A stretch of DNA of 64,000 nucleotides from a virus. The notes beneath the pieces were generated by a model that saw only the letters and a list, made by a program, of their open reading frames with translations, was not told where the DNA came from and searched no databases. Within the stretch, counting starts at the first letter, position 1; every line of letters begins with the position of its first letter. Below, piece after piece: positions 28,111 to 37,693 of the stretch. Made by a program: the position numbers and the translations under genes. Where the stretch lies: the IMG/VR virus record IMGVR_UViG_3300032893_000018, positions 1 to 64,000 of that record, one strand, 5' to 3'.

Positions 28111-29400
28111 ATGACCCGAGGATTCGACGACTTCCTGAAGCACACCGGCTCGCAGTCGAGCTCCGGCTACCTGAAGAACTGGCACGACGACGGCATGGTC
28201 GACGTGTGGCTCACGCCCGCGGGCGGGTGGGACGTGCGCTGGCCGCACGGCTTCTTCCAGCTCGGCAAGAAGCGCGACAAGAAGGGCAACGAGTACGACG
28301 GCGTCCGGTGGATGCGGTGGAACTGCCACGAGAAGGAGACGATCCTCAAGAAGCAGCGCAAGCGCGACGACTCCGATCGTCGGCTCGTGCCGCCCGCGGT
28401 GTGCCCGTTCGACATGGCGATCGAGCTCGTGCGCTCGATGATCGTCGCGGGGCGCATCTCGCCGACGCAGCCGCTCTTCAAGTTCGAGACGGACCAGGAG
28501 GACGAGGTCATCCTCGCCGGCGCGTGGACCGGCGCGTTCGGCAAGGACGACGACGACATGTTCCGGATCCTCAAGGTGTCGGACCGCGAGGCGCAGTCGA
28601 AGTTGATGAAGCAGCTTCGATCGGCGCAGGTCGACCGCACCGAGACGTTCAAGACGTCGGGCTTCCCGAAGATGGAGTACCTGTTCCGCGTCGTGCAGGT
28701 CGCGTCGCCGGACGACGGCTACCTCGTCGCGAACGTCCCCGACGCGCTCGGGTCGAAGGTGCGCAAGGGGATCAACGACCGCGTGATCCAGACGAAGGGC
28801 AAGTACAACCCGGCGCGCGATCCTCTCGCGATGCGCTGGGTCTACAACGAGCACGAGGAGTACTCGAAGAAGTACGACGTCGTGGTGCTCACCGAGGAGG
28901 TGGTCACGCCGGAGCTCGAGGACGCGTTCGCGATGGAACCGCCGAACATCGACGAGGACGTCGCCCCGGGGTCGATCGCGCTCCTCCGCTCGCTCTTCGA
29001 GAAGCACTGCCTGATCGACATGCCGTGGGACGACGTCTTCGGGCCGGCGGAGCGCGCCGGGCTCGGGGGCAACCGGTCGGCGACGCCCGAGCCGTGGGAC
29101 AAGGCGCGCGAGGCCGCGCAGTCGCCGAGGTCGTCGGCGAACGACGAACCGCCGGCACCGGCGAGCGACGCGGGCGACGACGACGCCGAGCCTGCCGACG
29201 GGTTCGAGTGCGACTGCTGCGACCAGATCCTGACGCCGAAGGATCTGAAGTGCCCGAAGTGCGGCGCCGAGTACGACCCGATCACGGGCAAGCTGACCTA
29301 CGACCCCCGGAAGGCCCCGGCGCCCGCGCAGGCGGCCCAGGGCGCCCCGGCCGCCGCCGCGGACGGGCCACCGGCCGCCCGCAAGCCGAAGGCGCGTTGA
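28111..29400 (+). CDS. Putative ssDNA-binding/replication protein with C-terminal zinc ribbon
   Basis: Position in module, acidic tail, CDCC/CPKC motifs. Confidence 0.5.
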   Translation: MTRGFDDFLKHTGSQSSSGYLKNWHDDGMVDVWLTPAGGWDVRWPHGFFQLGKKRDKKGNEYDGVRWMRWNCHEKETILKKQRKRDDSDRRLVPPAVCPFDMAIELVRSMIVAGRISPTQPLFKFETDQEDEVILAGAWTGAFGKDDDDMFRILKVSDREAQSKLMKQLRSAQVDRTETFKTSGFPKMEYLFRVVQVASPDDGYLVANVPDALGSKVRKGINDRVIQTKGKYNPARDPLAMRWVYNEHEEYSKKYDVVVLTEEVVTPELEDAFAMEPPNIDEDVAPGSIALLRSLFEKHCLIDMPWDDVFGPAERAGLGGNRSATPEPWDKAREAAQSPRSSANDEPPAPASDAGDDDAEPADGFECDCCDQILTPKDLKCPKCGAEYDPITGKLTYDPRKAPAPAQAAQGAPAAAADGPPAARKPKAR

Positions 29401-29407
29401 GGGGCAC

Positions 29408-30568
29408 GTGAGGGCATCGAAGGCGAAGGCGTCCCCCCCGGCGAGCCCGGGGGGGAACCGGGCGCGGATGCGGCAGCTGGAGGCCGTGGCCGGCCGGATC
29501 AAGGGGTGGCGGCCGGCGCGGGAAGTGCTCCGGGAGGTGCGCGCCGTGCCGACCCGGTTCCTGCAGTACGACGTCGCGACCGGCGTCGGCGGGCACCCGC
29601 TCGATCGTATCGCGCTGATCCACGGTCCTTCGAACGAGGGGAAGAGCGAGTTTGCGCTCGGGCTCGGCGCGTCGTTCGTGGAGCGCGGGCACTTCTTCGG
29701 CCTGCTCGACGCGGAGCGGACGACGCCGCCCGCGTGGGTGCGCACGCTCGCGGGCTCGCTGATGGAGCAGCCGAACTTCATGGCGCTGCCGGCGAGCACG
29801 TACGAGAAGGCGGTCGACGGCGTGCGCGGGTTCGCGACGACGATCGCCGACGCGCGCGCCGCGGGCGACCTGCCCGACGATTGCACCGGGCTCGTTGTCG
29901 TCGACTCGATCCGGAAGCTCGTGCCCGCTGACATCATGAAGCGCATCCTCGCGGACGGCATCGAGGGCGGCGGAAAGAAGGGGCGCCGCGGCAAGCCCGC
30001 CGGAGTCGACGGCATGGGCGGGCGCGCCGCGCAGATCAAGGCCGCGTTGAACGCCGCGTGGATGGATGAGCTTGTGCCGCTGATGGCCGACACCGGTTGC
30101 GCGATCCTGATCGTCGCGCGCGAGACGGACGACGATAGCTACGAGGGCGTGAAGGTCGGCGGCGGCAAGGCGCTCGTGTACGAGTCGTCGCTGCGGCTAC
30201 GCATCGTGCGCCAGCAGCTGTGGGTCGGGCCCGAGGGGAAAAAGAAGTACGTCGGCGAGAAGCACACCGTCGGGATCCACAAGACGAAGGTCGCGGGACG
30301 GATCGAGCCGGTGGTGTACGCGAGCTACTTCACGTCGAACGGCGTGCACGTGCCGGCGGGATTCTGGCCCGAGCGCGACGCGCTCGAGGTCGGGCAGGAG
30401 CTCGGCGTGGTCGACCTGAAGGGCAGCTGGTACGGGTTCGACGGCAAGCGGCTCGGCAATGGCGAGGAGGCCGCGGTACAGCGGCTCCTCGACGAGCCGG
30501 CGCTCCTCGCCGCCGTGCAGTCGGCGGTGCGTGAAGCAGCACGCCCGGCGGCATCACCGTCGACGTGA
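29408..30568 (+). CDS. recA: RecA/UvsX-like recombinase
   Basis: GVGGHP..IHGPSNEGKS, LLDAE, VVVDSI, GGGKAL, KTKVA, KGSWYGF..LGNG. Confidence 0.9.
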   Translation: MRASKAKASPPASPGGNRARMRQLEAVAGRIKGWRPAREVLREVRAVPTRFLQYDVATGVGGHPLDRIALIHGPSNEGKSEFALGLGASFVERGHFFGLLDAERTTPPAWVRTLAGSLMEQPNFMALPASTYEKAVDGVRGFATTIADARAAGDLPDDCTGLVVVDSIRKLVPADIMKRILADGIEGGGKKGRRGKPAGVDGMGGRAAQIKAALNAAWMDELVPLMADTGCAILIVARETDDDSYEGVKVGGGKALVYESSLRLRIVRQQLWVGPEGKKKYVGEKHTVGIHKTKVAGRIEPVVYASYFTSNGVHVPAGFWPERDALEVGQELGVVDLKGSWYGFDGKRLGNGEEAAVQRLLDEPALLAAVQSAVREAARPAASPST

Positions 30569-31281
30569 AGATAGTCGTCACGTCGGATCTGCATCTCGAC
30601 CACCGCACCGGCGGGTTCGAGCGGTTCGGGGAGATCAAGGTCGCACTGGAGCAGACGGTCGAATGCGCACTCGATGTGCACGCCGACGCTTGGGCGTTCC
30701 TCGGCGACCTGACCGACCCCGATCTCGATGAGGGGCTCACGCATCGCGCGATCGCGCTCGCGGTGCAAACCGACGGGCGGCTTCGCGAAGAAGGACTCGC
30801 GCCGTGGTGGCTCGTCGGGAACCACGACGTGATCGAGGATGGGCGCCTCAGTCACACGCTGCTGGCGCTCGCCGGCGCGGGTGCAAAGGTGTTCGATCGC
30901 CCCGACTTTTTCCAACGGGACGACGTGGGCGTGATCGCGCTGCCCTACGCTGCCCTCGCGTACCGGTATGACCCGGCGGCCTACGTCCGGTCGGTCACGG
31001 AGAAGCACGGCGATCTTCGCCAGTGGTTCGTGATGGGGCACATGACTCGCGTCGACGGTGTCGACGATGGGAGCGAGACGGTCGACATGGCGCGCGGCGG
31101 CGACATGCGGTTCCCAATCGAGGAGGCGCAAAAGCTGCCGCGCGCGGTGCTCGTCAATGGACACTACCACCGGCAGCGCATCGCTCGGCACGTCGGCGAC
31201 GTGAACATCCCCGGAAGCCTCGCACGATTGACGCACGGCGAGGAACAGAACGAGCCGGGCTTTTTGATCGTGGAGGTGTGA
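30565..31281 (+). CDS. Mre11/SbcD-like metallophosphoesterase nuclease
   Basis: SDLHL, LGDL, GNHD, GHYH, PGSL. Confidence 0.9.
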   Translation: MKIVVTSDLHLDHRTGGFERFGEIKVALEQTVECALDVHADAWAFLGDLTDPDLDEGLTHRAIALAVQTDGRLREEGLAPWWLVGNHDVIEDGRLSHTLLALAGAGAKVFDRPDFFQRDDVGVIALPYAALAYRYDPAAYVRSVTEKHGDLRQWFVMGHMTRVDGVDDGSETVDMARGGDMRFPIEEAQKLPRAVLVNGHYHRQRIARHVGDVNIPGSLARLTHGEEQNEPGFLIVEV

Positions 31282-31284
31282 CGG

Positions 31285-31689
31285 ATGCGACGGTCGAAGG
31301 TGACGGCGCGAGCGCCGGTGGTAGATGGATCGATCGAGCGGGTGCCAGTGAAGGGCGCGATGCCGCTTGCGACGGTGACGATGGTTGAAGGCAAGGTGCC
31401 GGTGCCTGCGATGCTCGGGATCGTCCGTGTGATTCCCGAGCCGGGCACGACGACGGCGGCGCGAGCTGCGATCTTGAACGCGCTCAAGCAGGCGGGCGCC
31501 GTCCACGTGTGGTTCGCGCCGCCGTCCGCGGGCGCGCGCGTCGTGCTCGACGAGTCGGTCGCGCCGAGCGCTGCCCGCCGGGAAACCGCGCGCGAGGCAG
31601 TCACGGCGATGCTCAAGGAGGCGGCATCGAGGGATCCGGTGCGGCTCGCCGCCGTGCTGGAGAAGGCGCTCGCGAGGGCGGGGCTTTGA
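31285..31689 (+). CDS. Hypothetical protein between the Mre11 and Rad50 genes
   Basis: Fills the gap; may be a split-off Mre11 C-terminal part. Confidence 0.45.
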   Translation: MRRSKVTARAPVVDGSIERVPVKGAMPLATVTMVEGKVPVPAMLGIVRVIPEPGTTTAARAAILNALKQAGAVHVWFAPPSAGARVVLDESVAPSAARRETAREAVTAMLKEAASRDPVRLAAVLEKALARAGL

Positions 31690-33641
31690 GCGGCGTCCAC
31701 TTGGTCGGCCTTCGGCTGACGAACTGGCGGTGCTTCCGTGGTGTGCACGAGCTCGAGCTCGGCCCGGGCGCGTACGCGATCCAGGCGCAGCACGACGACG
31801 ATCGCGACCGATCGAACTGGCTCGGCAAGTCGTCGCTCTTGTGGGCGATCCGGTTCCTGATGACGGGCGACCACCCGGACGCGACTGAGGATGAGTGGAT
31901 CGCCCGGGGCGAGACCGTCGGAGGCGTCGACGGGGAGTTCTCCGACGGGACGTTCGTCAGCCGTGAGCGGAAGCTCGGCGACGCCACGCGGCTCCTCGTG
32001 ACGCGCCCGATCGACGGTGGCGAGCGACGGCTCGACGGCGACGCGGCGCAGGCGGAGCTCGACGCCTGGCGGTGCATGAACAAGGACGAGGATCTCACCA
32101 CCTGGTGGATCGAGCAGAAGATGTCCGACCGCTTCGTGCGCGAGGACCCCGCGGTGCGCACGCGGATGATCGCGCGATGGCTGGAGCTCGGGCCGATCCA
32201 GGCGGCGCACGCGCACGCGGCCGAGTGGCTTCGGGACATCGTCAAGGAGCGCGACGCGATCGCGGCGGTGTGCGAGTCGACGGCGGCGCAGGCGGTCGAG
32301 CTGTGGCAGCAGCTGGACGTCGAACCGAAGGACGTCGGCGGGCTCGTTCTCGGGCGCGACGCGCTTCGCCGCGAGGTGAGCGCGCTTCGGGCCTCGGCGG
32401 AAACGGACGCCGAGACGCGCCGCGTGCTTGCGCGAGTGGAGCAGAACAGGCGCGATGCGGAGGAGCACGCGCGGCTGTCCGACGAGCTGGAGGAGGTGGA
32501 CGCGACGATCGCCGAGCTGCCGCCTCCCGTTGACGAGTTCCGAGTCGCGGCGGCGGAGCAGGCGGCGGCCGACGCCGCCGCGGTGCTCGCCGAGCGGGCC
32601 CGCGACGAGCAGAGCAAGCGGACGCTCGCGCGCGGTCGATTCGACGGGAAGTGTCCGGTCGGCGGCATCGCATGCCCCGCGACGGCGCAGCTGAACGCCG
32701 ACGTCGAGCGCAATGAGCAGCTGCTGCGCGATGCCGCGGAGGCGAAGGCGTTGGCGAGGAAGGCGGCGGACACCGCGCGCGAATCGGTCGCCGCGCTCGC
32801 CGCTGAGCGGAACCGTCTGTCGCAGCTGGAGTTCCGTCGCGAGAAGGTCGTCGTCGCGCTCGCGCGCGTGGAGGCTGGCGCGAAGGCGCACGCGCGCGCC
32901 GCGCAGGTGACGCGCGAGGATCCGGACGCGGCGACCAAGCTGTGGGAGGCGCAGCAGAAGCTCGACAAGCTCGAGAAGGACGCCGCGATGATCGAGCGGC
33001 TGCAGAAGACGCTGCTCGAGAAGAACGCGCGGCTGCAGGACATGGCGCCCGACGTGCAGGCGCACTGCGAGGCCGTCGCGATCCTCGGGCGCGCGGGCGT
33101 GCAGCGGCGGCTCGCCGAGGGTCTCCTCGCGTCGATTGCGGACGACGTGAACCGGTCGCTCGCCGACTGCGGCGTCGCGCTCCACGTGCGGTTCGAGTGG
33201 GCGCGCGAGACCGACAAGCTCGCCGACGCCTGCGGGCAATGCGGCGCGCCGTTCCCGGCCTCGCGCAAGGTGCGACTGTGTGCGACGTGCGGCGGCGCGC
33301 GCGGGAACAAGCTCGACGAGAAGCTCCGCGTGGTGATGTCGGATCGGTCGGGCGGCGCCGACGACCTCGTCGGGCTCGCGACGTGCCTCGCCGGGGGCGC
33401 GTGGCTCCGCGCGCGCCGCGGGTCGCCGTGGTCGATCGCGTGCATCGACGAGGCGTTCGCGCACGTCGACCTCGCGAACCGGCGCGCGATGGGCCGTCAC
33501 CTGCTGTCGCTGCTCTCCGGCGAGCACGGATACGACCAGGCGTTCGTCACGGCGCACGACACGGTGACGCTCGCGTCGCTCCCCCGTCGCATCCTGATCG
33601 AGGCGGGGGCTTCCGGATCGCGCGTCCGCGTGGTGGGGTAG
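31686..33641 (+). CDS. Rad50/SbcC-like SMC ATPase
   Basis: LTNWRCF, NWLGKSS, coiled coil, central CPV, SGG signature, CIDEAF, VTAH. Confidence 0.88.
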   Translation: MSGVHLVGLRLTNWRCFRGVHELELGPGAYAIQAQHDDDRDRSNWLGKSSLLWAIRFLMTGDHPDATEDEWIARGETVGGVDGEFSDGTFVSRERKLGDATRLLVTRPIDGGERRLDGDAAQAELDAWRCMNKDEDLTTWWIEQKMSDRFVREDPAVRTRMIARWLELGPIQAAHAHAAEWLRDIVKERDAIAAVCESTAAQAVELWQQLDVEPKDVGGLVLGRDALRREVSALRASAETDAETRRVLARVEQNRRDAEEHARLSDELEEVDATIAELPPPVDEFRVAAAEQAAADAAAVLAERARDEQSKRTLARGRFDGKCPVGGIACPATAQLNADVERNEQLLRDAAEAKALARKAADTARESVAALAAERNRLSQLEFRREKVVVALARVEAGAKAHARAAQVTREDPDAATKLWEAQQKLDKLEKDAAMIERLQKTLLEKNARLQDMAPDVQAHCEAVAILGRAGVQRRLAEGLLASIADDVNRSLADCGVALHVRFEWARETDKLADACGQCGAPFPASRKVRLCATCGGARGNKLDEKLRVVMSDRSGGADDLVGLATCLAGGAWLRARRGSPWSIACIDEAFAHVDLANRRAMGRHLLSLLSGEHGYDQAFVTAHDTVTLASLPRRILIEAGASGSRVRVVG

Positions 33642-33645
33642 CACC

Positions 33646-34197
33646 GTGCGCGCGCGGAAGCAGATCGACCCGTCGAAGGTGGTCGTGCTCGGCGTTGATC
33701 TGTCGCTCGCTGGCACAGGGCTCGTCGCGTTGCCCGCGACGTGGGGAGGCAAGTGGAAGCGCGTCGTAGTGCACACGGTGAAGATCCCGATCCCGACGCA
33801 TGCGACGGAGGGCGAGCGTGTCTCGCGGCTCGGCAAGATCGTGATGGAGGTGCTCGCGTTCGCACGCGACAACCGATGCACGCACGGCGTCGTGTTGAAC
33901 TACGCATTCAGCAAGTCGAACAAGGCGCACTGGCTCGGCGAGCTCGGCGGCGTCGTGAAGCTGATGATGCGCGACCACCGGGGACTGCTGCTGCAGCCGG
34001 TCGCCGAGAGCGCCGCTCGTTCGCTGATCGTCGGCAAGCTGCCCCGCGCCGACGTGAAGGTTCTCGTGCGCGCGGAGCTGACCCGGATGGGCATGCCCGC
34101 GGCGTGGTCGCTGGACGAGGGCGACGCGTTCGTCGCGGCGAACTGGGGGCTGTTCGAGTCGGGGGCCCCGGGGGCCCTGGTTCACGCCGCCGCGTGA
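33646..34197 (+). CDS. RuvC-like Holliday junction resolvase
   Basis: VLGVDLSLAGTG, LGELGGVVK, DEGDA. Confidence 0.8.
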   Translation: MRARKQIDPSKVVVLGVDLSLAGTGLVALPATWGGKWKRVVVHTVKIPIPTHATEGERVSRLGKIVMEVLAFARDNRCTHGVVLNYAFSKSNKAHWLGELGGVVKLMMRDHRGLLLQPVAESAARSLIVGKLPRADVKVLVRAELTRMGMPAAWSLDEGDAFVAANWGLFESGAPGALVHAAA

Positions 34198-34223
34198 TTC
34201 CCGCGGGTTCGTGGCCCCGGCGG

Positions 34224-34268
34224 AAAAGGTTGCAATGATGGGCCATCATGGCCTATCCTTTGGGTGTC
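34224..34268 (+). promoter_or_regulatory. Promoter/operator of the Cas12-like gene
   Basis: TTGCAA-N18-TATCCT containing the palindrome TGGGCCATCATGGCCTA (34239-34255). Confidence 0.65.
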
Positions 34269-34304
34269 CGGTCGACGGTCGGCCGCAAAGGACATGGAGA
34301 TCAA

Positions 34305-35960
34305 ATGCTGACTCTTTCTCGACCAGCTCTGATCGAATCAGACGAAGAACGACTGTTGCGTGAGTGTGCCTCGGCGTGCTGGACCTATCACCGATTGCTC
34401 GACTTCGAGGAGCAGCACCAGCGTGTGCTCGACGAGGTCGCGAACACCATCGCCCCCGGCATCGTTAGAGTCGGTCGCATTCTTGCGCGGCTAGCGCGAC
34501 GAGCACGACGCGCGGAGCGCACGACGAAGGGGCAATGGGCGCCGAACCCGAGACCGGAACTCGCCGCCGGGTTGCGCCTGCGCTTGGACTCGATGCGCGC
34601 GGCGCGCAACGCAGATCCGCGTTGGGCCGTGGCGCTAGGCTGGGCCGACGAGCAAGTGGGAGAGCCGAAGTCCGTGCGTCGGCGTCGTGCGAAGCCCGTC
34701 GACAAGATCAAGCGTCGCAAGACGGAGACCGATGAAGCTTTTGCCAAGCGCCTCGCGCTGCTCTCGCAAGACGAGAGCGACGAGCACTACGCCAAAAAGC
34801 TCGAGGTCATTCCGCGAGACACTCGTCGCGACGCGTATCGCAAAGAGCTCTACGGGCAGCGCCGCATCTACTGGGGCACGTGGAACGCTCTCGTGCGGAG
34901 CGTCGACCAGGCGCGGAAGGACGTGATCGGCCAGCGTGCGCGAGGGATGCCGGCGGAGATCCGGCGCCCGAAGTTCCGCGACCCGGTTTCTCTTTCGGCG
35001 GACGCTGGCGGTTTCCGAATAGTCGAGCGCGGCTCGCCGTGGTGGACGCTGGAGCTCCGCATCGGGGTGAGCGACGGATGGGTCCGGTTCCGCGCAAAAT
35101 GCGGTAACTGGCACGCTGTCCCGGCGGACGCGGCGTTCCGCACGCTCAAGCTCACGCGGCGCAGGGATGGTGAGCGCTGGACGTATTCGGTGAGCCTAAC
35201 GATCGACATGGAAAAGTCGACGGCGCAGCGAGCAGAGTCGCGGGTCGTAGCGTTCGACTGGGGCCACCGTGAGCACGGGCATGACCGAGCATCCGATGGG
35301 ATCCGGGTTTTCACATGGCTCGGCGACGATGGCGAGCAAGGCGAAGTTCTGATCCCATCCGAGTGTCGCGCCGCCCTCGACGAGATCGACGGGCTGAAGA
35401 GCCGCCTGGACACGACCTACGATGCGAGACGGACGACGCTCGCTCGCCTTCATCGAAACAGGTACCTGTATCGGCGCGCGCTGATGCGGTCCGGCGTGCG
35501 GACCGCTGAGGAAACGGACTGGCTCCGATGGGAGATGCGGTACGAGCGTCGAATCATGGCGCGGCGAAAGAGGATCGTGAACCTCCGTCGAGAGATCTAC
35601 CTCACTGCCGTCCGGGAGCTGCGGGCCCGCTACGCGATCTTCGCGTTCGAGGCCGAGTCGGTACCGCAGATCAAGAAGAAGCAGAAGGACGAGGAGCGGA
35701 AACGTCGGCAGCGGAGCAACCGCGACCTCGCGGCGAGGTACGAGTTCACTTCGATTTGCGAGCGGTCAGGTGCCACGATTATCTCGGTACCCGCTCGCAA
35801 ATCGACGAAGGAGTGTCCAGATTGCGGGCAACTCACCGAAAACGGTCCTGAATTGCTCATTGCCTGCCCGGGTTGTGGGCGTATTCGGGACAAGGACCGA
35901 GGTGCGTCACGTGTCATCCTGGGCCGGGCGAAGGAGGCGCTCGCAAACCGTGCTGCATGA
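34305..35960 (+). CDS. cas12: Compact type V CRISPR effector, Cas12m (V-U1/V-M)-like, 551 aa
   Basis: IYWGTWN, RuvC-I VVAFDWG, RuvC-II FAFE, zinc finger CPDC/CPGC, RuvC-III RDKDRGASRVIL. GGAG RBS before ATG 34305; ends 31 bp before the array. Confidence 0.85.
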   Translation: MLTLSRPALIESDEERLLRECASACWTYHRLLDFEEQHQRVLDEVANTIAPGIVRVGRILARLARRARRAERTTKGQWAPNPRPELAAGLRLRLDSMRAARNADPRWAVALGWADEQVGEPKSVRRRRAKPVDKIKRRKTETDEAFAKRLALLSQDESDEHYAKKLEVIPRDTRRDAYRKELYGQRRIYWGTWNALVRSVDQARKDVIGQRARGMPAEIRRPKFRDPVSLSADAGGFRIVERGSPWWTLELRIGVSDGWVRFRAKCGNWHAVPADAAFRTLKLTRRRDGERWTYSVSLTIDMEKSTAQRAESRVVAFDWGHREHGHDRASDGIRVFTWLGDDGEQGEVLIPSECRAALDEIDGLKSRLDTTYDARRTTLARLHRNRYLYRRALMRSGVRTAEETDWLRWEMRYERRIMARRKRIVNLRREIYLTAVRELRARYAIFAFEAESVPQIKKKQKDEERKRRQRSNRDLAARYEFTSICERSGATIISVPARKSTKECPDCGQLTENGPELLIACPGCGRIRDKDRGASRVILGRAKEALANRAA

Positions 35961-35991
35961 ATCCGAGATCATTGGGGTCGTCCGGATGTCC

Positions 35992-37076
35992 CCATCAACA
36001 GCCGCGCGAGGCTTCGAGTATCGCGACAGCATGAACACCGACGGTGTTGCGACGTTCGAGCCGTCCATCAACAGCCGCGCGAGGCTTCGAGTATCGCGAC
36101 CCCGAGCACGACGAGAACTCGTCGGGCCATCAACAGCCGCGCGAGGCTTCGAGTATCGCGACGACCGATGACGGCGAGGCAGTTGTCGCGCCCGACGAAC
36201 CATCAACAGCCGCGCGAGGCTTCGAGTATCGCGACAGCTCTCCGAGTACCCCACGTCTTGGGACTTCTACGAATCCATCAACAGCCGCGCGAGGCTTCGA
36301 GTATCGCGACGCGTCGCTGCGGCGTCGGCGGGTCACGCGAGCTCCCCCATCAACAGCCGCGCGAGGCTTCGAGTATCGCGACAAGACCCGGCGAACCCCA
36401 CCGGCAACGACCTGTCCGCCATCAACAGCCGCGCGAGGCTTCGAGTATCGCGACAAGTAGAACACGATCGCTCCGACCACGGTCACGACGAGCTGCCATC
36501 AACAGCCGCGCGAGGCTTCGAGTATCGCGACGCATCAAAGAGCGTGAGTGGTACGGGGCCGTCGATCGCGGGCCATCAACAGCCGCGCGAGGCTTCGAGT
36601 ATCGCGACATGTTCTCGACCCTTTCGACCTGCTCGCGTCCCGCCCCATGCCGCCATCAACAGCCGCGCGAGGCTTCGAGTATCGCGACGCGGCACGCCTC
36701 CGGGACATCGCGGACCGCGCGCCGCCATCAACAGCCGCGCGAGGCTTCTTCGAGTATCGCGACGAGTCGGCACTGCACCGCGCGCCGCACGAGGTCGGCC
36801 ATCAACAGCCGCGAAGGGCTTCGAATACTTCGACCGTCGAGCACGCGGACCGGTCTCCCGCCATCAACAGCCGCGAAGGGCTTCGAATACTTCGACCATG
36901 GACGATCCGGGAGCGAGCGGCGGCGTACGCACACAAATAACAGCCGCGACGGGCTTCGAATACTTCGACCCCCACACGAGCAGCCATCAATAGCCGCGAA
37001 GGGCTTCGAATACTTCGACCGGTGGTAGCTGCCTGCCGCTTTATCAACAGCTGCTAGGGGCTTCGAGTACCTAGAC
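35992..37076 (+). CRISPR. CRISPR array: 16 repeats (36 bp), 15 spacers (14-44 bp)
   Basis: 11x CCATCAACAGCCGCGCGAGGCTTCGAGTATCGCGAC (11th has a 3-bp insertion), 4x the CCATCAACAGCCGCGAAGGGCTTCGAATACTTCGAC type, 1x TTATCAACAGCTGCTAGGGGCTTCGAGTACCTAGAC. Confidence 0.98.
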
Positions 37077-37146
37077 GAGAGGATGTAGATGCGCGGCAAT
37101 AACGGGCGATGGCAAAGCGAAAGCTCCGAGGCAAGCTGAAAAAACT

Positions 37147-37479
37147 TTGGACCACGAGCGGCAAGCACATCAATTCCAATTCGACGAGTTCTCCGAACGG
37201 GAGCGCAAGCTCAACGAGCTGCCCATGCACGTGAAGGTGCTGCAGAAGGCTCTCGGCGAAGCGCATCAGGAGATCGCGAAGCTTCGTCGTGTAGCGGACA
37301 AGAACAAATTCAGATTCGATGACGACGAGGACAGGGTGGGCGAAGTCGTGAACCAGGTCACGATGTATTTAGCGGCCATTGGTGCTCGCGTGAATTTGGA
37401 GGTCGAATTCGCCTCGGGGCGCAGGAACTCCTTCGAACTGCAAAACAGCCTCCTGCGCGATTTCTTGGGGATTCGATGA
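37147..37479 (+). CDS. Lower-GC coiled-coil ORF between CRISPR repeats 16 and 17
   Basis: 110-aa TTG ORF with protein-like composition; start uncertain. Confidence 0.5.
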   Translation: MDHERQAHQFQFDEFSERERKLNELPMHVKVLQKALGEAHQEIAKLRRVADKNKFRFDDDEDRVGEVVNQVTMYLAAIGARVNLEVEFASGRRNSFELQNSLLRDFLGIR

Positions 37480-37492
37480 GAGGATGCGCGAA

Positions 37493-37528
37493 CGCCCAAC
37501 AGCCGCGAAGGGCTTCGAATACTTTGAC
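37493..37528 (+). CRISPR. Orphan 17th repeat (type B, degenerate)
   Basis: CGCCCAACAGCCGCGAAGGGCTTCGAATACTTTGAC. Confidence 0.9.
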
Positions 37529-37693
37529 GGTCGTGCTCTCCCCGAAGAACGCGGAGCCGGAGCTTCGCGCGGGCATCGACAACGCGCGGCGCGCGGCGCA
37601 GGCCGCGGCGGCGTCCGGGGACGTGCGCCGCGCGATCCGGTACCTCGCCGACGCCGAGTGCCTGGAGCGCGCGCTCGCCCGCGCGACCCGGAG

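Noticed and set aside
34305-35960. IS200/IS605 transposon TnpB
   Set aside because: No tnpA or transposon ends, larger than typical TnpB, and directly followed by a true repeat-spacer array.
36970-37040. Self-targeting by short spacers (9-10-nt matches near 9728 and 39116)
   Set aside because: Matches this short are expected by chance in 64 kb of high-GC DNA. No full-length self match was seen by eye.
37109-37150. Programmed -1 frameshift joining MAKRKLRGKLKK to the in-array ORF
   Set aside because: The A-run is not a canonical in-frame slippery heptamer and no stimulatory structure is evident. An indel cannot be excluded.
35770-37168. Many ORFs over the CRISPR array (PSTAARGFEYRD and similar repeats)
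   Set aside because: They are translations of the 36-bp repeats, not genes.
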